A stretch of DNA of 64,000 bases from an uncultured Acidimicrobiaceae bacterium (GTDB lineage Bacteria; Actinomycetota; Acidimicrobiia; Acidimicrobiales; RAAP-2), in contig CAVTVK010000001.1 in assembly GCA_963738135.1 (NCBI GenBank), positions 314,189-378,188 of the forward strand, given 5' to 3'. The notes under the pieces were generated by a model. The model was not told the origin of the DNA. It searched no databases and saw only the letters and a list, made by a program, of their open reading frames with translations. The translations under genes were made by a program, and so were the position numbers. Below, in pieces: positions 17,394 to 25,319 of this stretch; position 1 is the first letter of the stretch; each line of letters begins with the position of its first letter.

Positions 17394-18612
17394 TGTGTCA
17401 AGACATAGAGGACCACCGAATGGGGGGTGCTCCTGTGGACATGGGCCGGTTCCTGATCGAGACGCACACCTACGGACCGGGAGGCCGCTCAAGGAGCTGG
17501 CTCGGTCCCACGATGTGAGTGCGAGTTGGCTCTTTACCCTTTGGCGTCGCTACCGCCTCGAGGGCCCCGCCGGGCTCGAGCCGCGTTCGCGGCGACCGGC
17601 GGCTCGCCGACGCGGATCGCCGACCTCTACGAGGACGAGATCGTGGCCCTGCACAAGGAGCTCTCCGGCGACGGTCTCGACGCGGGTCCCCAGACGCTGC
17701 ACTATCACCTGGCTCAGCGTCACCTTCGAGCGCCGTCGCCCTCGACCATTCACCGGGTGCTCAAAGCGAGGGGCTTCGTCAGGCTCGAGCCCCACAAGCG
17801 CCCCAAGAGCTCGTTCTGCCGGTTCGAGGCCGATGTGCCCAATGAGACCTGGCAGGCGGACATGACCCACGTCGAGCTCGCCAGCGGGGAGGTCTTCGAG
17901 GTGCTCAACATGATCGACGACCACTCCCGGCTCTGTGTGGCGTCACGGGCCATGATGGTCGTCAAGGCAACCGACGTCGTGCGCGTGCTGCACAAAGCGG
18001 CCGAGAACTGGGGCTACCCGGCATCGTTTCTCTCCGACAACGGGCTCATCTTTTCCACCCAGCGCCGTCACCAGGTGGCCGGCGCGACCGAACAGGCCTT
18101 GTTCGCCTTGGGCATCGAGGCCAAGCACGCGTGGCCCTATCACCCCCAGACCTGCGGCAAGGTCGAGCGCTTCCACCAGAGCCTCAAAAAGTTCGTGGCC
18201 GCCCAAGAGGGCATCGAGACCAAGAAACAGCTCCAGCGCCAGATCGATCGCTTCGTCGCCTACTACAACGAGGTCCGTCCCCACCGCGGCATCGGTCGAC
18301 GCACTCCGCTCTCGGTCTATGGCGCTCGGGAGAAGGCCCGACCCTCGCCCGCCTTCGTCAAGGTCGCCGACCGGCGCCTTCGTCTCGACCGGGTCGACAA
18401 GTCCGGGCGGATCACCCTTCGCCGGCGCGGGCGCCTCCACCACATCGGCATCGGGAATGCCTACGCCGGTTGGCGCGTCGCCGTCCTCATCGACGATCTC
18501 AACATCGAGATCGTCGGTCTCGATGGCTCACCGCTACGCCGGCTGATCTTGGACCCGACCAAGGACTACCAAAACATTCCCTGATCAGGCCGGTCTACGA
18601 TGTCTTGACACA
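17394..18612 (+). mobile_element. IS481-family insertion sequence (decayed)
   Basis: Terminal inverted repeats are TGTGTCAAGACAT (17394..17406) and its reverse complement ATGTCTTGACACA (18600..18612): 13/13, then 6/11 further matches. 1219 bp. No flanking direct repeat seen. Confidence 0.7.
17435..18584 (+). pseudogene. IS481-family DDE transposase broken into three frames
   Basis: VDMGRFLIETHTYG starts at 17435. The HTH part (RPLKELARSHDVSASWLFTLWRRYRLEGPAGLEPRSRRP) is in a second frame. The catalytic part (SPTRIADLYEDE...WQADMTHV...MIDDHSR...SDNG...HPQTCGKVERFH) is in a third (ORF 17526..18584). Breaks lie at about 17479-17485 and about 17598-17603. Confidence 0.8.
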
Positions 18613-18645
18613 TCGGTCCTCGATGTCTCGCGACATCACACTCGG

Positions 18646-18720
18646 CGCCCTCGGCAGGACTCGAACCTGCGACCCGCTGATTAGAAGTCAGCCGCTCTAT
18701 TCCAACTGAGCTACGAGGGC
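18646..18720 (-). tRNA. tRNA-Arg (anticodon TCT)
   Basis: The reverse complement folds as GCCCTCG-TA-GCTC-AGTTGGAATA-GAGC-G-GCTGA-CTTCTAA-TCAGC-GGGTC-GCAGG-TTCGAGT-CCTGC-CGAGGGC-G. CCA is not encoded. Confidence 0.9.
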
Positions 18721-18839
18721 AGCGCAGACCAGCCTGACATAGCCAGGTTGGATGCTCCGAGCATGCAACGCTCCAGCCTCCAGGCCCGACGAGCGGCATG
18801 TGGGAGGACCCCGGTCGTTGTGCCACACTTATGCCCCTC

Positions 18840-18914
18840 GGTGGGCGTAGCTCAGTTGGTTAGAGCGCCAGGTTGTGGTCCTGGAGGTCGGGGGTTCGAG
18901 ACCCCTCGCTCACC
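18840..18914 (+). tRNA. tRNA-His (anticodon GTG) with encoded G-1
   Basis: G-GTGGGCG-TA-GCTC-AGTTGGTTA-GAGC-G-CCAGG-TTGTGGT-CCTGG-AGGTC-GGGGG-TTCGAGA-CCCCT-CGCTCAC-C. G-1 is opposite C73, as is typical for tRNA-His. Confidence 0.9.
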
Positions 18915-18986
18915 CCGAAGAAGCCGTCGTGCCCTCCCGAAGGAGTGGACGCGGCGGACAGAAGTCGGCGCTGGGGAGGTTCGAGG

Positions 18987-19772
18987 GTGAGTGCTGCTGG
19001 CCGGACGGTCCTCGTCACTGGCGCGTCGTCGGGCATCGGCGCTGCGTTGGCCCGGGAGCTCGCCGGCCGCGGCGACACCGTGGCGCTGGTGGCGCGCCGG
19101 GCCGATCGGCTCGATGCGGTGCTCGAGGAGTGCCGCGCCACCTCGCCGACGTCGGGCCGCTGGGCGGCCGACCTCTCGGACCCGGAAGCCGCAGCCCACC
19201 TGGCCCTGCAGATCTGGGACCACTATGGCGGGCTCGATGTGATCGTCAACAACGCAGCCGTCCCGATGCGTCGCCATGTCACGCGGCTGACCATGGCCGA
19301 AGTCGAACGGACCATGCGCATCAACTACTTCTCCCCCGTCGCCATATCGCTGGCCGTGCTGCCGCGCATGCTCGAGCGCAGCGCCGGCATGATCGTGAAC
19401 GTCTCGAGCCTCGGCGGGCGGCTGGGCATCACCGCGGAAGCCGCCTACTCCGGGTCCAAATTCGCGTTGGCCGGCTGGAGTGAATCGATGGTCGTCGACC
19501 TCGACGGCACGGGGGTGGCTGTGAAACTCATCATTCCCGGCGCCATCGACACAGAGATCTGGGATCAACCCGACAACGATGCACCCCTCTACGACGGACC
19601 CAAAGAACCGCCGGAGGTCATCGCGGCCGGCATCGCAGACGCCATCGACAGCGACGAGTTCGAGCACTATCTACCCGACATGAAGGCGGTCATTGAGGCC
19701 AAGACGTCCGACATCGACAGCTTCATTGTCGGCATGCGTGGGTTGGGCGGCACGGAAGGGGCGGGACAGTGA
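18987..19772 (+). CDS. SDR-family oxidoreductase
   Basis: GTG 18987 (RBS ggggagg). VLVTGASSGIGAALAREL, NNAA, YSGSKFAL. Confidence 0.8.
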   Translation: MSAAGRTVLVTGASSGIGAALARELAGRGDTVALVARRADRLDAVLEECRATSPTSGRWAADLSDPEAAAHLALQIWDHYGGLDVIVNNAAVPMRRHVTRLTMAEVERTMRINYFSPVAISLAVLPRMLERSAGMIVNVSSLGGRLGITAEAAYSGSKFALAGWSESMVVDLDGTGVAVKLIIPGAIDTEIWDQPDNDAPLYDGPKEPPEVIAAGIADAIDSDEFEHYLPDMKAVIEAKTSDIDSFIVGMRGLGGTEGAGQ

Positions 19773-21007
19773 AGGCTTTGCTCTTCGGCGCGCCGCCGGA
19801 CGAGGAGGAGGTCCGGCCCACCCCCGCCGACGAGTTGGAGGTCATGTTGGCCGGCATCCCATTCGGCCTGCACGACGTCGACGACGCCCGTCTCGTTCGC
19901 CCCGATTGGGTGGTCACCCGGCCGATCCTCTCGGGCATCTGCGGATCCGACGCCAAGCTCGTCCTGGGTGACTTCAACACCGGAGACATCGACAATCCCA
20001 TGGCGGCCTTTTCCTCGCTCCCCCACGTGCCCGGGCACGAGGTCGTCGCCGAGGTGGTGGCGCTCGGGCCCCAGGCCCGCGGGCTCGACGTCGGCCAGCG
20101 CGTCGTCCTCAACCCCTGGTTGACCTGCGCGCCCCGCGGCATATCCCCGTTGTGTCCGCCCTGCCAGGCCGGCGACCTCAGCCTGTGCTGGAGCTTCACG
20201 AAGGGCGATCTGGGGCCAGGCGTGCATGTCGGCGTGATCACGGGAGCACCGGGCGCCTGGGCCGAGCAGCTGGCGGCCCACGACTCCATGTTGATCCCGG
20301 TGCCCGACGGGATCTCCAACGAGGCCGCAGTGCTGGCCGATCCCTTCTCGGTCTCGTTCCACGCCATCGTGCGCCACCCGCCGCCGGAGTCGGGCCGTGT
20401 CCTCGTCTACGGCGCCGGTGCCCTCGGCCTCACGAGCGTCGCCATCCTCAAGGCCCTCTATCCGGGTGTGGAGGTCGGGGTGGTCGCCCGCTTCGAGGCC
20501 CAGAGCGAGATGGCAGTGCGCTTCGGGGCGGACGCCGTCTTCGCACACGAGCCCCGGCTCCAACTCGTCGAGGAGCTGACGGCCTGGTCGGGCGCCGTCC
20601 TGCACGCGGCACTGGACGGGCTTCCCGTCACGCATCCCGGACACATCGACGTCGTCTACGACTCCATCGCCAAGGCGGAGACTCTCGAGGTGGGGGTTCG
20701 CGTGCTCGCCGAGCGGGGTCGACTCGTCTATACAGGCGTGGCCACGCCCGAGCGCTGGGAGTCCACCCCGATCTACTTCAAGGAGATCACCATGGCCGGG
20801 TCCAACGCCTTCGGCATGGAGGACTTCGAGGGCCGCCGTCTCCACGCAATCGCGCTCTATCTCGAACTGGTCCGCGAAGGCCGGCTCGACATCACGCCGA
20901 TGCTCACTCACCGCTTCGGGCTCGAGGAGTGGTGGCCCGCGCTCAAGGCCCTGGCCCGCCAGGACCGCAGTGGCGCTCTCAAGGTGGCCTTCACCCCCAA
21001 CGGCTAG
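19769..21007 (+). CDS. zinc-dependent alcohol dehydrogenase (MDR superfamily)
   Basis: GTGA overlap with the SDR stop. SGICGSDAKL, GHEVVAEV, a Cys cluster CPPCQAGDLSLC and Rossmann motif VLVYGAGALGL. Confidence 0.85.
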   Translation: MKALLFGAPPDEEEVRPTPADELEVMLAGIPFGLHDVDDARLVRPDWVVTRPILSGICGSDAKLVLGDFNTGDIDNPMAAFSSLPHVPGHEVVAEVVALGPQARGLDVGQRVVLNPWLTCAPRGISPLCPPCQAGDLSLCWSFTKGDLGPGVHVGVITGAPGAWAEQLAAHDSMLIPVPDGISNEAAVLADPFSVSFHAIVRHPPPESGRVLVYGAGALGLTSVAILKALYPGVEVGVVARFEAQSEMAVRFGADAVFAHEPRLQLVEELTAWSGAVLHAALDGLPVTHPGHIDVVYDSIAKAETLEVGVRVLAERGRLVYTGVATPERWESTPIYFKEITMAGSNAFGMEDFEGRRLHAIALYLELVREGRLDITPMLTHRFGLEEWWPALKALARQDRSGALKVAFTPNG

Positions 21008-21095
21008 TCGCACCCGCCCCTGATCGGCGGCGAGCTACCGATCCGACATACCGATCAGTAGCCCATCCGGCTCCGCGCCGCCACGCGACTCGGCG

Positions 21096-22931
21096 TCAGG
21101 CGCCGACCGTGACCGTCAGCGTGTACGGGCCGAACGTCAGCGTCGACGGTCCCAACGTCGCGCTGAGTGCGTTGGGCCCCGACCCGGACGCACCAGCGCC
21201 GATCGTGACGCTGCCCGTCGCCTGACCGGCCTCGTGGATCGTCGAAGGCTGCGAAGCGCTGTACTTGGCAGGGCCTTGGCCTGCGTTCAAGAACATGACC
21301 GAGAAGGCAAACCTTCCGGCGGGGCCAACTCCCGTCACGTTGCAGGTCGAGGCCGCGCTTGGCGGTCCGCACGACATCACGGGGCTCCCGGTGCTCCCGG
21401 TAGCGGGTGCGATGCCGAGTCCGGCCGGGGCCGTGGTGATCGTCTCCTGCTGGCTTCCGGACGAATACCCCTGAGCGGTGGCGCCGATCGTCGAAATGCC
21501 GGTCGCGGTCGACCCGTACCAGAAGGTCGCGGCGGCCTGACCGCTCGGGATGGTCACGCTTGTCATCGGTGTCGACGCGAACTGCGCCGCTCCAAAGGTC
21601 GCACCTGGGCTCCCCGTCAGATTCACCGTCAGAGCGCCGCCGGATGTGATCGGAGCACCCGAGCTGCTCTGGCGACGTACCGTGATCGGGCCGAGGTTGG
21701 GCGTGCTCGATGTGGCACCGGATACGGGTGGAGAGCTGAAGACTAGTGCTCCGCTACCGATCGTGAGCGTGAACCGTTGGGTTGCGCCGGGTCCGACGCC
21801 GTTCACAGCGTTGATGCACACGGTGTAAATGCCGACTGCCTCGACCCCTGGGGTGCCCGAAAGCGAGCCGTTACTCGAGAAGGTGATGCCCGACGGAAGC
21901 AGGGACGGGCTGCAGCCCTGGAACGCGGCGTTGGAGAACGTGGGCGCCGGACTCCCCGACGCCGCCGCCTGGAAGGTCCCCGCGCTGCCGGCGAGGAAGT
22001 TCGCCGAACTGGGGCTGGTGATGGCGGGAGCGCTCTTCTCCGCTCCGCTGACGACCCTCAGGCTGAAGCTCTGGGTGGCCGTACTGGTGCCATTGCTGGC
22101 CGTGAGGCAGAGAATGGAGGTACCGCTGCCCGCTGCGGGAGGCGTTCCCGCCAATGTGGCGGTCCCGTTGTGATCATCGACGAGGGTGACCGTACCCGGA
22201 AGGATCGACGGCGTGCAGCCCGGGAAGGCCTTGTCGGTGAGTGCCGGCACCGGGGAACCGACCGTCGTCACGGTGAACCTCCCGGCGCCGCCAGCGGCGA
22301 AGGTCGTGCTGTCCGCGCTGGTGATCGACAGAGACTGGCCGGACTGGCCGGCCGAGCTGGTCGTGCCGGAGAACTCGGCGTCGGGCGTGCTTACCCACAA
22401 GGTGCTGATGTCGTAGTAGGCGGCCTCCACTTGGTAGTAGTAGGTCGTGCCCGTGGTCAGACCCGTATCCGTGCAGGACGTCGCCCTCGACACCAGGGTG
22501 ATCGACTGTTGGCACGACCCGCTCGAGACCTTTGCGTACGGTCCCCCGGGCGCCGCGCTTCGCAAGACCAGATACCCACCGTCCGCCGGCAGTGTCGTTG
22601 CTGCCACCCAGCTCAGGGAGAGGCTCGTCGTCGTCGGACTCGAGGCGCTGCCCTTTCCCGGGGTACCGAGTGCAATGGCCTGCGCCTGCCCTTTCCCGCT
22701 CCCCGGTGTCGTGTTGTAGGCAAACGCCGCGGAACCCGAAGCGACAACGAATGCGCAGACGAACAAGATGATTGGATTGCGCGCCCGCCGGATGCGGCCG
22801 GCTTCAGTTCGTCTGTGCTTGGGCCGCCGGGAGTGGGCGCCGCCTAGGCCACGCTCCGCCCTCAGTGACGACACGAAGCCGCCGACTTTCCCCAGCCGTT
22901 CGCCTCCATGACGGTGAGATCCCCGCTTCAT
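21096..22931 (-). CDS. large secreted surface protein: TasA/SipW-type N-terminal module, FN3 domain, putative-Ig (He_PIG-like) repeats, S/T/G-rich C-terminal region
   Basis: ATG 22931 (ATGA overlap with the upstream gene). MKRGSHRHGG...RNPIILFVCAFVVASGSAAFAYNTTPGSGKG. FN3-like SLSWVAAT...GYLVLRS...TGLTTGTTYYYQV. Two units ending ...LAGTP/LSGTPG...Y.V. No LPXTG. Confidence 0.75.
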   Translation of the reverse strand: MKRGSHRHGGERLGKVGGFVSSLRAERGLGGAHSRRPKHRRTEAGRIRRARNPIILFVCAFVVASGSAAFAYNTTPGSGKGQAQAIALGTPGKGSASSPTTTSLSLSWVAATTLPADGGYLVLRSAAPGGPYAKVSSGSCQQSITLVSRATSCTDTGLTTGTTYYYQVEAAYYDISTLWVSTPDAEFSGTTSSAGQSGQSLSITSADSTTFAAGGAGRFTVTTVGSPVPALTDKAFPGCTPSILPGTVTLVDDHNGTATLAGTPPAAGSGTSILCLTASNGTSTATQSFSLRVVSGAEKSAPAITSPSSANFLAGSAGTFQAAASGSPAPTFSNAAFQGCSPSLLPSGITFSSNGSLSGTPGVEAVGIYTVCINAVNGVGPGATQRFTLTIGSGALVFSSPPVSGATSSTPNLGPITVRRQSSSGAPITSGGALTVNLTGSPGATFGAAQFASTPMTSVTIPSGQAAATFWYGSTATGISTIGATAQGYSSGSQQETITTAPAGLGIAPATGSTGSPVMSCGPPSAASTCNVTGVGPAGRFAFSVMFLNAGQGPAKYSASQPSTIHEAGQATGSVTIGAGASGSGPNALSATLGPSTLTFGPYTLTVTVGA

Positions 22932-23815
22932 GATGACTGTCCAGAAAGCGTCAGGGTCACCGTGAAGGTCACGCCCTGGCATGCGCTGGGTGCGTTCGGG
23001 GCCAGTTTCACGATGTTGGGCACGGACTGGTTCCCGCTCGTCCCTCCAGGACTCACTGTGACCGCTGGCGAGAACGTGTACGGCAACGTCTGAGCGATGC
23101 TGATGTAGCTGCTTGCGCAGAGACCCGTGTTGTCGGAGACAACCGTGGCGCCGGGAGCGACCTGGTCGAACGCGGCACCGAAGGCATTTGAGTTGTCCAG
23201 CGTAAAGGAGGCCGCACCCGTGCGACCGGGAAGCAGCTGGGCTGTTCCGGCCGCGGCGACCACCCCGAGCGTGACCGGCTTCCCGGTCGTTGTGCCACCT
23301 GTGCCCGAGCCCGAGACTCCGCCTCGGAGGTAAGCGAACGCGCCCCCACCTCCCAGGCCCAGCACCAGCGCGCTCGCAGCGCCGGCCACAGGGATGAGCC
23401 TCCACCGACGTCTCGCCGTGGCGTGGGCGTCCTGCCGCGTCGTGGAACCGGCCTTCAGAAGCACAGCCGGGACAACAGTGTCGTGCCGCAGGTGGACGTC
23501 GGCCGCGACGGCCGGATCCGGGTCACCGCCAGCGACAGGTGCGGTTGCCAGTGTCACAGTGCGCGGCTCGGGTGTGGCTTCCTGGTCGACCTTGACGGCG
23601 TGGAGAGCTCGGTTTTCGATCGAAAGAAGGGGGTCGCCTTTCATGACGTGGGCGCCACGCAGCTCCCCCGTCGGGGCCTCACCCCTGATGGCGTGGGCAC
23701 CACGCACCTCATCGGAGGAAGGTGGCACGAGGGCCACAACCAGATGCGGCACCGCGGCGGAGAGAGTCAGCTCCTCGTGGACCGGCTCCTCGGCATACTC
23801 GCTCGGCTGTGTCAT
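22928..23815 (-). CDS. membrane-anchored protein: ~140-aa cytoplasmic N-terminus, one TM helix, TasA-like ectodomain
   Basis: 295 aa. RRRWRLIPVAGAASALVLGLGGGGAFAYLRGGVSGSGTGG, then a ~130-aa domain homologous to the mature part of 24130..24675. Confidence 0.65.
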   Translation of the reverse strand: MTQPSEYAEEPVHEELTLSAAVPHLVVALVPPSSDEVRGAHAIRGEAPTGELRGAHVMKGDPLLSIENRALHAVKVDQEATPEPRTVTLATAPVAGGDPDPAVAADVHLRHDTVVPAVLLKAGSTTRQDAHATARRRWRLIPVAGAASALVLGLGGGGAFAYLRGGVSGSGTGGTTTGKPVTLGVVAAAGTAQLLPGRTGAASFTLDNSNAFGAAFDQVAPGATVVSDNTGLCASSYISIAQTLPYTFSPAVTVSPGGTSGNQSVPNIVKLAPNAPSACQGVTFTVTLTLSGQSS

Positions 23816-24111
23816 CGCCGTCTCTTCGTGTCACGAGCGTGACGTACATCTGTGCGTCCAGGAGCCGTCGAACGGACACGAGGTCCGCCGGCCGCCACCA
23901 GGGCGGTGGCGCCTGCATGCGCACCCGCAATGGAATTCGTTCGCCTCAACGTCTCTTGATTCATCTGCTCGCCATTTTCACTGTCGTGTGACTCGCGGAC
24001 CTCTTCGAGGTATGCCGCGACCAGAGGCCGGGCCACGGAGCACAGGCTCCGAGGCCCGGCCTTCCGGCCGAGTCGATCAGGTGAAGAGGCGAACCGATGC
24101 CGCCACTCCAC
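23812..24111 (-). CDS. possible small basic protein (doubtful)
   Basis: 99-aa ORF whose TGA overlaps the ATG of the downstream gene (ATGA), starting 19 nt after the upstream stop. However it has no GC3 bias (about 63 % by my count), no clear RBS and an unfamiliar sequence. Confidence 0.25.
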   Translation of the reverse strand: MEWRHRFASSPDRLGRKAGPRSLCSVARPLVAAYLEEVRESHDSENGEQMNQETLRRTNSIAGAHAGATALVAAGGPRVRSTAPGRTDVRHARDTKRRR

Positions 24112-24129
24112 CTGGTCGGAATGGCGCTC

Positions 24130-24675
24130 CTACGGGGTCTGCACCGCGAGAGTCAACGGCTGGTTCTGGCAGGGAGTCTGGTCAAAGGCGGTGTTCAACC
24201 AGTGGAGACGCCCCTCGCCCGGCAACGGGATGTTGTGACTTCCGGGCTGCACCAGCACACCAGTCGTGCCGTTCTGCGGGACCGGCGTGTTGGTCGTGGC
24301 GGCCGAACCGTCCGGCGTCAGCCAGAACTGCGACTGCAACTGGTCGATGATGTTCTGGCATCCGGGGTTCGAGGAAGAGACGGGTCCGATGCCGCTGAAC
24401 ACTGTCGCCGAAATCGTCTTGATCAGGCAGGCAGTCGTCCCCGCGTTCGACGCGTCGAAGTCGATCAACGCCGATCCACCCGGAGTGATCGCCGGCCCTG
24501 GATCGAAGTCCACGGACAAGCTGACAGGACACGGCCCCGGCCCAGCGGCCGTGGTAGAGCCGTTTCCAGTACCGGACGCACTACCTTGGAATGCGGCGAA
24601 CGCGACGCCTCCGCCTACGAGAAGCGTTGCGACGACGCCAATCGCCGCAACCCTTTTTGTCATGAATCGTTTCAT
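24130..24675 (-). CDS. small secreted TasA/camelysin-like protein (candidate major subunit)
   Basis: ATG 24675 with strong RBS (AAGGAGA 8 nt upstream). MKRFMTKRVAAIGVVATLLVGGGVAFAAFQGSASGTGNG, then about 150 aa that look beta-rich, with 4 Cys. Confidence 0.7.
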   Translation of the reverse strand: MKRFMTKRVAAIGVVATLLVGGGVAFAAFQGSASGTGNGSTTAAGPGPCPVSLSVDFDPGPAITPGGSALIDFDASNAGTTACLIKTISATVFSGIGPVSSSNPGCQNIIDQLQSQFWLTPDGSAATTNTPVPQNGTTGVLVQPGSHNIPLPGEGRLHWLNTAFDQTPCQNQPLTLAVQTP

Positions 24676-24782
24676 TTTTTTTGCATCTCCTTGTTTTTGG
24701 TTGTTGCTTTTTTGGGCTACACCCCTAACCGCCACCCCCAGCTCCGTACTGCAGAGCCCCGATGAGCGCCAACGGCAACGCC

Positions 24783-24851
24783 TGAACAACTCGAAGTGCA
24801 AATGAACCACTCGAAATGCGAATGAACAACGCTCGATCTACAGATGAACAA
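24783..24851 (-). promoter_or_regulatory. four phased TGAAC(A/C) boxes (TGTTCA on the coding strand) within about 20-bp direct repeats
   Basis: Boxes at 24783, 24803, 24823 and 24844, spaced 20, 20 and 21 bp. Repeat units are ctcgaagtgcaaatgaacca, ctcgaaatgcgaatgaacaa and cgctcgatctacagatgaacaa. They lie 110-180 bp upstream of the operon start. Confidence 0.4.
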
Positions 24852-25319
24852 TGCACCGACAACTGGTTTTATATTCCTTTGCTGTCCCCTTAGCAAGGGG
24901 GGTTCGGCTCGCGTTCAGTAGGTGATCTGTAACTACAAAGTTGTCACTTGCATTGAGCCATAGCCGCGCAGGCACAGAACGGAATCGGCACCCTGGTTTT
25001 GCCTTTGGTTGCACTGACGTCACGGCTCGCCGAATTTTTTTTTGTCAACGACCATTTCTTGTCATGCGACGAACTGGCAGACGCGTTCGCTCACCGGTGG
25101 TCATGACTCGTCACGAACCGCAGATGGTCACACGCTGACACGTCAACACAGCCGAAACGGTCAACGGAGCCGATGCGACAGGGCCATGCGGTTGGTCGAG
25201 CCTCCGATCGCGGCCCCGACAGTTCGACCATCCGCAATTTCTCTCGGGAATTCCCCGATGAGCTATGGGCAGAACTCGAGTCGCTGGACGCGCCCCGCCA
25301 TCCCGTCCAAGGGCGTGAT

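Noticed and set aside
17435-17610. Programmed -1 ribosomal frameshifting in the IS481 transposase
   Set aside because: There are two separate breaks, and neither has a slippery heptamer or downstream structure. IS481-family transposases are normally single ORFs. Decay or sequencing error is more likely.
4360-18645. Classic tRNA-targeted genomic island with attL/attR
   Set aside because: I could not find by eye a direct repeat of the tRNA-Arg 3' half in the region, and only a ~25-codon integrase stub remains. I therefore report it as an eroded mosaic rather than a defined integrative element.
18721-18839. The 119-bp spacer between the divergent tRNA genes, considered for a hidden small gene or ncRNA
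   Set aside because: It has no ORF, no convincing stem-loop and no repeat. It most likely just holds the two divergent tRNA promoters.
21096-22931. Sortase-anchored (LPXTG) surface protein or Tad/type IV pilin interpretation for the secreted-protein operon
   Set aside because: There is no LPXTG-like motif with a hydrophobic tail at any C-terminus. There is also no G/xxxxE[FY] prepilin motif or TadE-like N-terminus, and no sortase or prepilin peptidase gene nearby.
25015-25022. TGACGTCA palindrome as a CRP/GlxR-type site
   Set aside because: It does not fit the TGTGA-N6-TCACA spacing of actinobacterial CRP sites. An 8-bp palindrome alone could occur by chance in a 644-bp AT-richer region.
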